From IMG/VR virus record IMGVR_UViG_3300048625_000378, positions 1 to 63,028 of that record: 63,028 nt of DNA; one strand, given 5' to 3'. The first letter of the stretch is position 1, and the number at the start of each line of letters is the position of its first letter. The DNA is from a virus (Duplodnaviria > Caudoviricetes). The translations under genes and the position numbers were made by a program. Shown here piece after piece: positions 1 through 10,362 of the stretch. A model generated the notes under the pieces. It was not told the DNA's origin, did no database searches, and was given only the letters and a program-made list of their open reading frames with translations.

Positions 1-987
1 GAGGTAAAGAACTGGGAAGACAAAAAAAAACAAGAATGTCAAGAAAAACTAAGGCTTGAAGAAGAAAGAAAGCAAAAACATAGAGATAATATTGATTTGT
101 TTTTTAATCATAATAAAAAACTAATTGAAAATCTTGTTTTTGAAAACCTGCCTTTTGAATTAATTTTTTCAATTAATGACGAAGAATTTTCTTCTGAAAG
201 TTTTGAAGACTTCTCTGATGTTTTTGAGGCAAAAATGGAACTGTTAAATTTCCAACTTAATGATAAAATAAATCTTCTCCAAGAGAAAGAAAATATTCGG
301 CTTGAAAATCTCCGAATAGAAACAGAAAAAAAAGAATCTGAACGCAAGGGGATTATTAAACAATCTATCGATAACTACCATACAGGCTGGATAGATGTTA
401 TTTCCGACATGAGTTTTTCTGATATTGAAAGCACTACCAAAAAATTTAATTCTGAAAAACAACTAGAATGCGAGGAATTCAAAGAAGAATACGACAAAAA
501 AAGAGCTAGTCTAGCCAGAATGCTTGAAGCTAAATCTACCTTACTAAATGATGTTGAAAAACAGAGATTAGAAAAAGAAAAGCTAGAAGAAAAGGAAGCC
601 GATTTAGAAATTTCAAGTAAGGAATTGGAAATTGAAAAACAACGTTTTAAAGAACAAAAACAAGACGCGATCAAGGAACCATTAGAAAAGAATGAAATAT
701 CTGACTATTCAAAAGAAATTGAAGTAAATGAGGCTGAAATTATTACTAATGATCTAGCTGAGACTGATTTTAAAGAAACAATTATTTCAGAACCGCAAAC
801 AGAAGAAATTGAAGTTGTTAATACCGAAATTGTATCTGCTAATATACAAGAAGTGGATTTTGAAGAAACTTGGGATAGTATTGAAGAAGATTTTAGAAGT
901 AATTGGGTAGATTATGATTCTCTTTTAAAATATCTTAAAGCAAACTATAACGTTCCAACAAAAATCGAAAAGAATGTCTTTACCTAG
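1..987 (+). CDS. Coiled-coil phage protein, 5'-truncated by the window edge
   Basis: Frame is open from base 1 (EVKNWEDKKKQ...); E/K-rich helical sequence; stop overlaps the next ORF. Confidence 0.7.
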   Translation, partial: EVKNWEDKKKQECQEKLRLEEERKQKHRDNIDLFFNHNKKLIENLVFENLPFELIFSINDEEFSSESFEDFSDVFEAKMELLNFQLNDKINLLQEKENIRLENLRIETEKKESERKGIIKQSIDNYHTGWIDVISDMSFSDIESTTKKFNSEKQLECEEFKEEYDKKRASLARMLEAKSTLLNDVEKQRLEKEKLEEKEADLEISSKELEIEKQRFKEQKQDAIKEPLEKNEISDYSKEIEVNEAEIITNDLAETDFKETIISEPQTEEIEVVNTEIVSANIQEVDFEETWDSIEEDFRSNWVDYDSLLKYLKANYNVPTKIEKNVFT

Positions 988-1246
988 ACTTCATCCAGAC
1001 GACCTCCAAGAACTTATTAATGGTGTTTCAAATAATGTCACAAATAAGCTCGAAGAAATGCTTTCTAAAAAAGAAAATGTATCTGAAATGCAAACTCTTA
1101 CAATTAGAGACGCGGCCAAAATCTTAAATAAAGATGAAACGACCATTCTTCGTTACATAAAGAAAAAACTTATCAAAGCAAACAAGCCTGGTAAAGAATG
1201 GATTATCACCCAACAATCACTAACAAATTATATCGATGGAAAATAA
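974..1246 (+). CDS. Excisionase-like HTH DNA-binding protein (HTH_17 type)
   Basis: LTIRDAAKILNKDETTILRYIKKKLIKANKPGKEWII pattern. Confidence 0.8.
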   Translation: MSLPRLHPDDLQELINGVSNNVTNKLEEMLSKKENVSEMQTLTIRDAAKILNKDETTILRYIKKKLIKANKPGKEWIITQQSLTNYIDGK

Positions 1247-1487
1247 ATTTTGCACAATTAAAAAAAACAAGCGCAATACCAATTTCCTAAAGGAAAACGG
1301 TTATAAAAAATTGAAATCAGCCATTTATAACTCAAAATCTGAAAGTGTCTTAATTATTAATAGGCAAAAAAAACAGTACTGGGAAACTTGTGAAGATGGG
1401 ATTATGGATGCTTCTAGAATGATTTTGGAAGCCGAAAATCAAGAAATACAAATCATTAAAAACATAGAATTATGTCTACAGAATTAA
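1236..1487 (+). CDS. Hypothetical protein
   Basis: ORF overlapping both neighbours in the operon. Confidence 0.6.
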   Translation: MENKFCTIKKNKRNTNFLKENGYKKLKSAIYNSKSESVLIINRQKKQYWETCEDGIMDASRMILEAENQEIQIIKNIELCLQN

Positions 1488-2428
1488 GCACCACGCGAAA
1501 ACAAGAAGTTGCATTTAAAGAAATGTCGGAGAAAGTAAAGTTAGTACTTGCCTCAAACGTAAATAGCATTGAAAATTCATTAGTAGTTGCTAATGCAATT
1601 GGGTTTTTAAGAGAAAATCTCACCCCTGAAATTATGTCTCCAATTATGTCTCTTCAAGGAAGTAAGCTAGGGTTCAAAACAGACCGTGATCTAGTAAAAA
1701 ATCAAAATACCGGTAAATATGAAAAAGGACCAGGCTACCCGTTGGAAGTAGTAAAAGATTGTTTTATTGAAATGTCATTAATCGGTTTACTTCCGACTGG
1801 TAACATGTGGAACGTAATTGCGGGCAATCCCTACATAACAAAGGAAGGAGGAACATATTTGCTTAAAAATTTAGTTCCCAGATTAAAGTATGCTATTATG
1901 TTTCCTGAAGTAAATCAATCAGCTGATAAAAAAACAGCTAATGTAAAAGCAAATATTAAATGGGAACTTAACGGAGAAAAAAGAGAAGAAAATATCGATT
2001 TCCCTGTAAAATCTGACGCGTACACAACTTTTGATTCTTTAATAGGTAAAGCGGATAGAAAAGCAAAAGTTTGGCTTTACAATCAAGTATCAGGCTTGAA
2101 TATTTCTGATGGTGATATTGAAGATATTCCTCATGTAGAAATAAAATCAAGTATAAACCCTGAAAAGATTGGAAATGATAAAGAAAACGAAAGAGTTTTG
2201 AATCATATAAAATCCTGCAATACGATAAAAGACTTGGTTTCTTGTAAACAAAAAATTTCTGTAGAAAATGAAGTTACGTTCGAGCCTTATATTACTAGGT
2301 ATATTGAACTAGCTAAAACAATAGATCAAATTAAAAGTATTGAGAGTCATATCCCAATGGATAACCTTGATCTCATTGTATTGTGTGACGATAAAAAACG
2401 TCAACTAAACGGAAATGCGAAAGCCTAA
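1472..2428 (+). CDS. RecT/Redbeta-like single-strand annealing protein
   Basis: IGLLPTGNMWNVIAGNPYITKEG resembles the RecT/Bet core; exonuclease and SSB genes nearby. Confidence 0.55.
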   Translation: MSTELSTTRKQEVAFKEMSEKVKLVLASNVNSIENSLVVANAIGFLRENLTPEIMSPIMSLQGSKLGFKTDRDLVKNQNTGKYEKGPGYPLEVVKDCFIEMSLIGLLPTGNMWNVIAGNPYITKEGGTYLLKNLVPRLKYAIMFPEVNQSADKKTANVKANIKWELNGEKREENIDFPVKSDAYTTFDSLIGKADRKAKVWLYNQVSGLNISDGDIEDIPHVEIKSSINPEKIGNDKENERVLNHIKSCNTIKDLVSCKQKISVENEVTFEPYITRYIELAKTIDQIKSIESHIPMDNLDLIVLCDDKKRQLNGNAKA

Positions 2429-2807
2429 AGAAAAAAAATGTGAATGCGGCTTAAACTTTATCCAATACAATAGTTTAAAAAAATATTGTTCATGGACATG
2501 TGAGAAAAAGTACAAGCCGCAAACACATAATTCTGCTAAAAAATACATCATTCCGAAGGTTAGTAAGAAACAAGCTGAACTAAATAAAACCTATTCAAAA
2601 CTTAGAATAGAATTTCTTTCAAGACCAGAGAATCAAGTTTGTCCTATAACAAAGCAGCAAACAACAGATGTACATCACAAGTATTCTGGTAAAGACAGAG
2701 CTAAATACTTTTTAGATACAACTACTTGGTTAGCCGTTAGTAGAACTGGACACGTTTGGATTCATGAAAACTCAAAACAAGCAAGAGAATTAAAATATTT
2801 ATATTAA
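2415..2807 (+). CDS. Zn-finger/HNH-type nuclease (NinG-like)
   Basis: CECG...CSWTC at N-terminus; CPIT...DVHHK...SRTGHVWIH. Confidence 0.6.
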   Translation: MRKPKEKKCECGLNFIQYNSLKKYCSWTCEKKYKPQTHNSAKKYIIPKVSKKQAELNKTYSKLRIEFLSRPENQVCPITKQQTTDVHHKYSGKDRAKYFLDTTTWLAVSRTGHVWIHENSKQARELKYLY

Positions 2808-2812
2808 TTATT

Positions 2813-3322
2813 ATGAATGAAATCAAAAAAGAAATTTGGAAAGAGATTCCTGGTTATGAAGGATTGTATCAAGTAAGTAGTTTAGGCAATGTTAAGAGTT
2901 TAAAATTTAAAAAAGTTTTAATATTAAAACAATTTAAAAACTTAAATAATTATTTTATGGTAACGCTTCATAATAAAAAAATTCACTTTAATCCAAAAAG
3001 AATAAGCGTCCATTTATTAGTTGCGATGACTTTTTTAAACCACAAACCAAATAAAACAAATAGAATTGTTGTTGATCATATAAACAACATAAAAGAAGAT
3101 AATAAACTTCAAAATTTACAATTAATTACAAATAGAGAAAATAACTCTAAAGATAAAAAGAACAAAACATCTATATATACAGGGGTTTGTTGGGATAAAT
3201 CAAGAAATAAATGGCTTTCGTGTATAAGAATTAATAATAAGAAAATAACGCTAGGGCGATTCAAATGCGAATTAAAAGCTAGCATGGCCTATAAAAATGC
3301 TTTGAAAAAATTAATTAATTAA
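2813..3322 (+). CDS. NUMOD4-HNH-AP2 homing endonuclease
   Basis: EIWKEIPGYEGLYQVSSLGNVKS (NUMOD4); VDHINNIKEDNKLQNL (HNH); YTGVCWDKSRNKW...LGRF (AP2). Confidence 0.9.
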   Translation: MNEIKKEIWKEIPGYEGLYQVSSLGNVKSLKFKKVLILKQFKNLNNYFMVTLHNKKIHFNPKRISVHLLVAMTFLNHKPNKTNRIVVDHINNIKEDNKLQNLQLITNRENNSKDKKNKTSIYTGVCWDKSRNKWLSCIRINNKKITLGRFKCELKASMAYKNALKKLIN

Positions 3323-3332
3323 AAATTAAAAT

Positions 3333-4262
3333 ATGAAATCACTATTTGAAAACTTTAAGCCTAGAGCTTCACAAATTGGTCATTTAATGACAAACCTTCC
3401 TGAAAAATTCACAAAAGAAGATGAATTAGCGCTACAAGAACTGCTTGAGGAAAAACAATCAGGTAAAAATTCTAATGGACGCGCTACAAAGTGGACCGAT
3501 ACAAAGCAATCATCCGTCGACAAACTAAACCGCAAGAAGAAGGGTGAGGATGAATTACCTACTGGAGCCATAACTAAATTAGAAGAGATTTTTAATCATG
3601 TGTTTTGGGGAAGAAGAAAGTTAATTTATAACAAATACCTTGAAAAAGGAAATATAGTCGAAGAGGATTCTTTGGAATTACTTTCTGAAGTAGATGGTGT
3701 GCTTTATTGGAAAAACGAAGAGTATTTAGAAAATGAATTCTCACAAGGTTGCCCAGATAATATTTTTGAAAAAATTAGAGATACAAAGTCTAACTATGAA
3801 TTTGATACATTTCAAAAAGCAGAATTAACTTCGCTATACTCTTGGCAAATTAAAGACTATACATGGATGGCGATTGAATCTGGTCATGATATTTCAAGAA
3901 CGGGCGAGTTATGCTATTGTTTAGTAAACTCTCCTTCTCACCGTATTGAAGCTGAAAAGAAATCGCTTTGGTTTAGTATGGGTATGCCGGAAGAAACAGA
4001 AGATAGATGGATTGAAGCAGCTTCTCAACTAGAACGTAATCACATATTTGATATTACAAAATTTAAGTATGATTATCCAGGATTTGATTTAGTAACACCA
4101 ATTTGGAGATTTGATATTCCAAAACACATGAGAGTAAAACGCTTTGATGTTACTTTGGAAGATTCAGATATTGAACACTTAAAAAGACGTTCTGGGATGG
4201 CTAAAAAATGGCTTTTAGAAAGAGAGTTACAAGAGGTTGAATTAATTAATAAAAATAATTAA
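3333..4262 (+). CDS. Lambda-exo/YqaJ-like PD-(D/E)xK exonuclease
   Basis: RASQIGHLM, KGNIVEEDSL, GCPD...RDTKS, YSWQ motifs. Confidence 0.75.
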   Translation: MKSLFENFKPRASQIGHLMTNLPEKFTKEDELALQELLEEKQSGKNSNGRATKWTDTKQSSVDKLNRKKKGEDELPTGAITKLEEIFNHVFWGRRKLIYNKYLEKGNIVEEDSLELLSEVDGVLYWKNEEYLENEFSQGCPDNIFEKIRDTKSNYEFDTFQKAELTSLYSWQIKDYTWMAIESGHDISRTGELCYCLVNSPSHRIEAEKKSLWFSMGMPEETEDRWIEAASQLERNHIFDITKFKYDYPGFDLVTPIWRFDIPKHMRVKRFDVTLEDSDIEHLKRRSGMAKKWLLERELQEVELINKNN

Positions 4263-4266
4263 AAAA

Positions 4267-4743
4267 ATGAAAACACTTAAAGAATTACAACCGCTTATTA
4301 TCGAATGGGCTAAAGAAAGAAATATTCATTTATTAGAATGCGCTCCAAAACAATATTTAAAATTAGTTGAAGAGTGTGGGGAATTAGCAAGTGCTATTTT
4401 AAAAGGGAATATTGAACTTCAAAAAGATGCTATTGGAGATATTTTTGTAGTGCTGGTTATTTATGCAAAACAATTATCTTTTGAATATGACGATGATTTG
4501 AATGTTCATAAAACCATAAAATCGCATAAAAGAGAAGTTGATTTTCATTTAAACGGAATTATAAACTCTTCTTATTGGGTTCGTACTCGTAAAGAAGAAA
4601 AAGGATATCAATTTTGTTTAGCAGGATTAAATGAAATAAGCGAAATTCTTAATTTAGATTTTATAGAGTGCGCAAACATTGCGTGGAATGAAATTAAGAA
4701 TAGAAAAGGTAAAACAGAAAACGGAACTTTTATCAAAAATTAA
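4267..4743 (+). CDS. MazG-like nucleotide pyrophosphohydrolase
   Basis: KLVEECGEL...DAIGDIFVVL; AWNEIKNRKG...GTFIK. Confidence 0.85.
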   Translation: MKTLKELQPLIIEWAKERNIHLLECAPKQYLKLVEECGELASAILKGNIELQKDAIGDIFVVLVIYAKQLSFEYDDDLNVHKTIKSHKREVDFHLNGIINSSYWVRTRKEEKGYQFCLAGLNEISEILNLDFIECANIAWNEIKNRKGKTENGTFIKN

Positions 4744-4747
4744 AATC

Positions 4748-5170
4748 ATGACAATAAATGGAATAATCAAACTAATTAAACCAACTCAACAAGTTTCGGC
4801 ATCATTTTGTAAAAGAGAATTTGTAATCGAAACTATCGATCAATATCCTCAAACTATTTTATTAGAACTTCATCAAGACCGTGTTGATATTATTGACTCG
4901 TTTACAGAAGGACAAGAGGTAATTTGTAGCTTAAATTTAAAAGGAAGGTTATGGGTTTCTCCACAAGGAGAAGAAAAGTATTTCAACACAATTATTTGTT
5001 GGAAAATTACAGTTCCAAACAATGAAAGTGTAAATAACACACCAACCCAAACCAATCCACAAGAATACCCTCAAGCTCCAAAAGATAGCCCGTTTGGATT
5101 AAATCCTCAATTACCAAGTAATACTTCAGTTGCTATTACCAATGAAGAAGAGGACGATATGCCTTTTTAA
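4748..5170 (+). CDS. DUF3127 single-stranded DNA-binding protein
   Basis: KREFVIET..QYPQ, NLKGRLW...YFNTIICWKI, acidic tail EEEDDMPF; ATG at 4748 preferred. Confidence 0.85.
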   Translation: MTINGIIKLIKPTQQVSASFCKREFVIETIDQYPQTILLELHQDRVDIIDSFTEGQEVICSLNLKGRLWVSPQGEEKYFNTIICWKITVPNNESVNNTPTQTNPQEYPQAPKDSPFGLNPQLPSNTSVAITNEEEDDMPF

Positions 5171-5261
5171 AACAACTATTTTTTTACTTAATAATATGTG
5201 TTTTTTGTGTTTTATTAAGCATAAAAAGCACATATTTCAATAATAACATTAAACTAAAAAT

Positions 5262-5381
5262 ATGGCAGAAGATAAAAAATCATTCGTCTTAAACAAAGAA
5301 TGGATTGGGGTAATTCAAGAAATTAATAAAGTTCAATGTCATCGTGAAACTCATAAAATAACTAGAAATGGCCAGACCTGA
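5262..5381 (+). pseudogene. 39-aa remnant resembling the N-terminus of a DUF6291-type replication protein
   Basis: MAEDKKSFVLNKEW...CHRETHK; not in the ORF track. Confidence 0.4.
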
Positions 5382-6207
5382 AAGAAACAATGTTGATTAT
5401 TTTCCTTTTTTATGTAAAGAAGGGAAAGCTATGTTTTACATAGAGAAAACCTACGGAAATGACGGATATGCTGCTTGGGTTAGGATTTTAAGACAGTTAG
5501 CTGTTACAAACTTTCATTACATAAATCTTAGTGATAAAGTTGAGCTTATGTATCTGTCTTCTAGATGTAATATTTCTTCTGAAACACTTATAAAAATTAT
5601 AAATGATCTATGTGACTTAGATGAATTTGATAAAGATTTATGGGTGCAAAATTCAATAATTTACAGCCATAAGTTTATCAAAAACATTCAAGATGCCTAC
5701 AAAAAGAGAAATAATAAATGCCTGAGTTATGATGGTTTACTACTCCTTTTATCAGGTTTAGGGATACGTAAACCTAGTAAAAGTATAACTAAAGCACCCG
5801 TAAACCCACATACTATAGTAGAGTATAGTATAGTAGAGTATAGTAAAGAAGATATTCTTTTAGAAAAAGAAACAAAAGAAATATTTTCATTTCGAAACGA
5901 ATTATTAAACAAAGGTGGTTCCGAAAAATTAGTTGACGATTGGTTAAAAGTCAGAAAAACAAAAAAAGCAACGAATAGTGAAACTGCTTTGATTGGATTT
6001 ATAAATCAGGTTAATATTTCAAAAAAAGGAATCAATGAAATATTGGAAATATGTATTTCGAAAGATTGGAAAGGGTTTGAAGCAAAGTGGCTAGATAATT
6101 TACAAAATAAAAATTTACAAAATGGAACACGACAACAACCATTACTCGGTAGACAAAGCGCAGATACAGTCAGATCTAATGCATCTGGCTGGGACGACAT
6201 TGAATGA
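5368..6207 (+). CDS. Phage replication initiator (DUF4373/Lin1244-like N-terminus)
   Basis: MARPERNNVDYFPF...YGNDGYA; C-terminal W..VRKTKKA.NSETA...WKGFEAKWL. Confidence 0.75.
   Translation: MARPERNNVDYFPFLCKEGKAMFYIEKTYGNDGYAAWVRILRQLAVTNFHYINLSDKVELMYLSSRCNISSETLIKIINDLCDLDEFDKDLWVQNSIIYSHKFIKNIQDAYKKRNNKCLSYDGLLLLLSGLGIRKPSKSITKAPVNPHTIVEYSIVEYSKEDILLEKETKEIFSFRNELLNKGGSEKLVDDWLKVRKTKKATNSETALIGFINQVNISKKGINEILEICISKDWKGFEAKWLDNLQNKNLQNGTRQQPLLGRQSADTVRSNASGWDDIE
5816..5845 (+). repeat. Tandem 15-bp repeat (TAGTAGAGTATAGTA x2) in the initiator linker, possible origin-associated repeat
   Basis: Read directly; lambda O-type initiators carry the origin inside the gene. Confidence 0.4.
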
Positions 6208-7021
6208 AATTGCAAAATCAACAGAAGTCATAAATACGGAATTTTTAAAATCATGTTACGGATTTAAAAAAATACGTGCCAGAGAAACTGAAATCAATTT
6301 CAATAATGTAGTAGGCCTTATGATAACTAAAATTTCTGCACTGGCCGGTATTAATAACGAAATTGATATGGCTACAAAATCCGACCTGCTTCGTTATGTT
6401 AAAACCAGATGCAAAGATATTACGTTAGAAGAAATCTATAAAGCTTTTGAATTAGAGAGATATAATGAATATCCAACAAAATCAAATCATTTTCAATTAT
6501 TTGGGACAGAATATTTTTCAGAAGTAATTAAAAAATATCGAGTGTGGAAGTTAGAAAACCAAACGTATTATAATATTTCTAAAAATGAGAATAATTTAAA
6601 AATTTCAGCTATTACAGAATCACAAAAAGAAGAAATACTAATCAATGGGATTAAACGTGTTTTTAACGAGTATAAGCAATTAAAAACACTTTCAGAACCC
6701 TGCGTTCATATTTTTGACGAACTCCTTTCTAGAGGCTTAATTTTAGGTGCTGTAAATCCTAAATTTGAAAAATACTATTCCGATAAAAGCGAACAGGCTA
6801 AAATTGAACTTGAAAAAGAACTTGAAGTTCAAAAATCAAACTCAAATTTTATCCAAAGAAAAAACATCGAAAGAGATATTGAAAAAATACTACAAGGTAA
6901 TTCTAATAAAATTATTGTCAAGACCAAGAAAATTGTATTAAAAGAGTACTTCGACAATTTAATTTTAAAAGAAATTGAAATAGAAGTGGAACTTAAAAAA
7001 TCAAATACATGTTTGAAATAA
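6122..7021 (+). CDS. Hypothetical replication-associated protein (possible helicase loader)
   Basis: Directly follows and overlaps the initiator gene. Confidence 0.45.
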   Translation: MEHDNNHYSVDKAQIQSDLMHLAGTTLNEIAKSTEVINTEFLKSCYGFKKIRARETEINFNNVVGLMITKISALAGINNEIDMATKSDLLRYVKTRCKDITLEEIYKAFELERYNEYPTKSNHFQLFGTEYFSEVIKKYRVWKLENQTYYNISKNENNLKISAITESQKEEILINGIKRVFNEYKQLKTLSEPCVHIFDELLSRGLILGAVNPKFEKYYSDKSEQAKIELEKELEVQKSNSNFIQRKNIERDIEKILQGNSNKIIVKTKKIVLKEYFDNLILKEIEIEVELKKSNTCLK

Positions 7022-7614
7022 CAAAAATTATCGCGTTGGTTTTTCAAGTTGATCATCAGAAACTATTTGAAAAAACCAGGAAACGAAATATAGTTGAAGC
7101 TAGACAGGCAGCGATGTATATTTCCTATAAAAAAATTCAAGGTATTACGCTATCTAAAATCGGTGATTTTTTTAATAAAGATCACTCTACGGTTATGTAC
7201 GCTATAAAGATGGTTGAAAACCTATATGATTCGGACAAGTCTTTTAAAAGTAAAGTAAATGAATCTATGGTAAAGTTTAATATGTTGAAATCAAATAAAA
7301 TCGTTTACATAGCGCACCCGGTTTCGAATGACTTAAATACTAACGTTGAAAAAATTCTTCAAATCGTAAAGAAAATCAATCTTGAAGAAAAAAATACAAC
7401 TCCGTTCGTCCCTTATTTAGCTGACATTTTAGCATTAGACGATTCTATACCAGAACATAGAAACAAAGGAATTAGTAATAACACAGCGTATTTAAAATCA
7501 GGAATCGTTTCTGAACTTCGAGTATATGGTGATTTTATATCCAAAGGAGTGGCAGAAGAAATAGCTATAGCTAGAGAATTTAAGATTCCGGTGATTTATA
7601 AAAACAAAAGCTAA
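7009..7614 (+). CDS. DnaA C-terminal-like HTH fused to a DUF4406/deoxyribosyltransferase-like domain
   Basis: RKRNIVEARQAAMY...IGDFFNKDHSTVMYA; VYIAHP...SKGVAEEIAIA. Confidence 0.75.
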   Translation: MFEITKIIALVFQVDHQKLFEKTRKRNIVEARQAAMYISYKKIQGITLSKIGDFFNKDHSTVMYAIKMVENLYDSDKSFKSKVNESMVKFNMLKSNKIVYIAHPVSNDLNTNVEKILQIVKKINLEEKNTTPFVPYLADILALDDSIPEHRNKGISNNTAYLKSGIVSELRVYGDFISKGVAEEIAIAREFKIPVIYKNKS

Positions 7615-7616
7615 TT

Positions 7617-9160
7617 ATGATAAATATAAAAGAACTAACCGTATGCTCATTATTCGATGGAATGAGCTGCTTACAAATAGCCTTGAACCGAATAGGTTTG
7701 AAACCTACAAAATACTATGCCAGCGAAATTGACAAATATGCAATACAAGTTACCATGGCAAATTTTCATAAAACTATTCAATTGGGTGACGTTAGAAACG
7801 TAAAAGGTTCAGATTTAGGATTTATTGATATTCTAGTGGGGGGAGTCCTTGTCAATCATTTTCATTCGCTGGAAAACGCAAAGGAATGAGCACAAAAGAT
7901 AACATCGAGATTTTAACACTCGATCATTACTTAGAATTGAAAAACCAAAACTTTGAATTTGAGGGACAGTCTTATTTGTTTTGGGAATACATGAGAATTT
8001 TACATGAACTAAAGGAAATAAACCCAAATATAAAGTTCTTACTCGAAAATGTAATCATGGGTGAGAAATGGGAAAATATTTTAACTAGGGCAATAGGTAT
8101 AAAACCAATTCGTATCAATTCTGCTTTAGTTTCAGCTCAAAATAGAAATCGTTTGTATTGGACTAATATTTATACTGAACCTGATGGATTTTTTGGAGAT
8201 TTGGTTTGCAAAATTCCACAACCAAAAGACAAAGGAATTTTACTTAAAGATATTTTGGAAGGCGAAGTTGACGAAAAGTATTTTTTGAGTGATAAAATGT
8301 TGGATTGGTTAAATAGACACTCTGAAAAAACAGGAAATAAAGTTAGAAAAATCCAAGATGAATTAAAAACTTACCCACTAACTTCTTTCGGTGCTTCAAG
8401 AAATAATTTAGATTCAAATTATATTGAAACCAACAGAAAAGCACGTTGTTTTACTGCTGGTGGAAATAGTGGGGGCTTACATTCTCAAATGGATTTAGTG
8501 GTCCATAACACAATGCCAAGAAGTTCAAAAACTGGTAAAGGCGGTACCGGCCCATTGTCCCGAACTGATGGAAAAACCTATTGTTTAGATACGGGTAATA
8601 CAAATGCAGTAGAAATTCAATGTGTTGCAATGCGTGGACGAAATCCTGAAAATCCAAAAAGCCGTGTTGCTGGATTAGAAACCGAGCAACAACTTGAACC
8701 AAGAAATGATGGTAAAACGAATTACTTAACTAGTGTTCAAAAAGACAATTTGGTAATGCAAATAAATCCATCAAAAGAATCAGAAGGAGTTCAACCATAT
8801 CAACATAATAGAGTTTATGATATTGAAGGAATATCTCCTTGCCTAAATACTGACACAAGAAGCCCGGCTGTTGAAATAAAAAGCGGCACTTTGCGAACGC
8901 ATAACGACGGAAAAGGTTTTAGAGAAGTTGTAATCGGTAAAGGAGCAACTATTCCAGCAAGATCTAGAGAGGATGGAAGTGGTCAAAATGTAGTTTCTGT
9001 TTCTGGAAATATCCGACGACTAACACCGACAGAGTGCGAACGTTTACAGACGGTTGATGATGGATATACTGCTCACGTTTCAGATTCACAACGTTACAAG
9101 ATGCTCGGAAATGGGTGGACAATTGATGTGATAGGACATATACTCTCTTATTACAATTAA
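7617..9160 (+). CDS. C5 cytosine DNA methyltransferase split by a frameshift at a G6 tract (ORFs 7617-7889 and 7886-9160)
   Basis: SLFDG (motif I) in the first ORF; GGSPCQSFS restored by one extra G at 7838-7843; ENV, QNRNRLYW, RRLTPTECERLQ, GNGW in the second. Confidence 0.85.
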
Positions 9161-9164
9161 AGTA

Positions 9165-9392
9165 ATGATCCCTCGCATTGAAAACTGCTATTTCTACAGC
9201 AGAGAAAGCAATATAATTTATGCTAATCTGGTTGACGGAGAGAAAGTACCATTAATCAGATTAAAGCAAAAATTCATAGATATTACGATACTTGGTGGTC
9301 AATCTTTTGACTACATGAATAGGTATTTAGAAATGTTCCCTAACCTATGGGAGCCAGTTCAGGAAGAACAAAAACAATTATCACTTTTTTAA
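9165..9392 (+). CDS. Hypothetical protein
   Basis: Operonic ORF ending in clamp-binding-like QLSLF. Confidence 0.6.
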   Translation: MIPRIENCYFYSRESNIIYANLVDGEKVPLIRLKQKFIDITILGGQSFDYMNRYLEMFPNLWEPVQEEQKQLSLF

Positions 9393-9412
9393 AAACATAA
9401 AACAAAATTACT

Positions 9413-9826
9413 ATGATACTAGGATTTAAAACACAATTTGTAGAAAAAATACTTAATGGAAGTAAAATACACACCATTAGAGTTGACAAGGATAAAAGAT
9501 GGCAAAAAGGTAAAAAGATAAATTTTGCTACTGGAGTAAGAACAAAGAATTACTCTGAATTTAAAAAAGGATTTTGTAAATGGAATCAAGCGGTAGAATT
9601 AAGACCTGACACAAGGGAAATTTACCTTGGATTGAATGGAAAAATGAATCTGTTAGACAAAAAGCACAATGAAATGTTTGCTAAAAATGATGGGTTCAAT
9701 ACAGAAGACGAATTTTGGGAGTGGTTTAACGAACCTTTTTATGGGGTTGTTATTCACTGGACCGATTTCATTTATTCACAATGTTTAACAACACGATGTT
9801 TTACATATAAAATCAAATTACTATGA
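9413..9826 (+). CDS. ASCH/PUA-like domain protein
   Basis: KILNGSKIHTIR...FAKNDGF...FWEWF...VIHW. Confidence 0.7.
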   Translation: MILGFKTQFVEKILNGSKIHTIRVDKDKRWQKGKKINFATGVRTKNYSEFKKGFCKWNQAVELRPDTREIYLGLNGKMNLLDKKHNEMFAKNDGFNTEDEFWEWFNEPFYGVVIHWTDFIYSQCLTTRCFTYKIKLL

Positions 9827-10362
9827 AAAATAAAAATTATCCTCATTTTGAAGGAGGTATTGAGCTGTCTAAGGAAATGTTAGTTTATTTTATTGGTGAA
9901 AAATTACCAATGAAAGTAAAAGCAGTAAGTAAAAATTTTGCTATATGCACAAGAAAATTGAATAGACGTCAAGATGCAGATTTACTTCATAGACAAGTTG
10001 AAACAGGCGCTTATATTTCTTTTACTGAAGCGTATAATGATCAAAAAAGCGAAGTGATTTATACGATTGTTGATTTTAAACAGAATATTAGAGGTGCTCA
10101 TAATTTGGTATTAGGAGGTTGTGATTTTAAAGATGAAAAAGAAATTGAAGATTTTATTGCTGAATTAGAAAGTGGAGAAGTTGAAATTTCATATAGAAAT
10201 AGATGTAATTATAATCTAGATTTTGAGAGAACTCTTAAAAATAAGGTTTCAAAAGCAACTAATAATTTATCCAATTCTTTTAAAAAACTTGGAAAAGTAG
10301 CAAAATCGGCAACAAAAAATTTTGGGAAAGTAGATCAATATTTAAAACCTAAAAACCAATGA
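9823..10362 (+). CDS. Hypothetical protein
   Basis: ATGA-coupled ORF. Confidence 0.65.
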   Translation: MKNKNYPHFEGGIELSKEMLVYFIGEKLPMKVKAVSKNFAICTRKLNRRQDADLLHRQVETGAYISFTEAYNDQKSEVIYTIVDFKQNIRGAHNLVLGGCDFKDEKEIEDFIAELESGEVEISYRNRCNYNLDFERTLKNKVSKATNNLSNSFKKLGKVAKSATKNFGKVDQYLKPKNQ

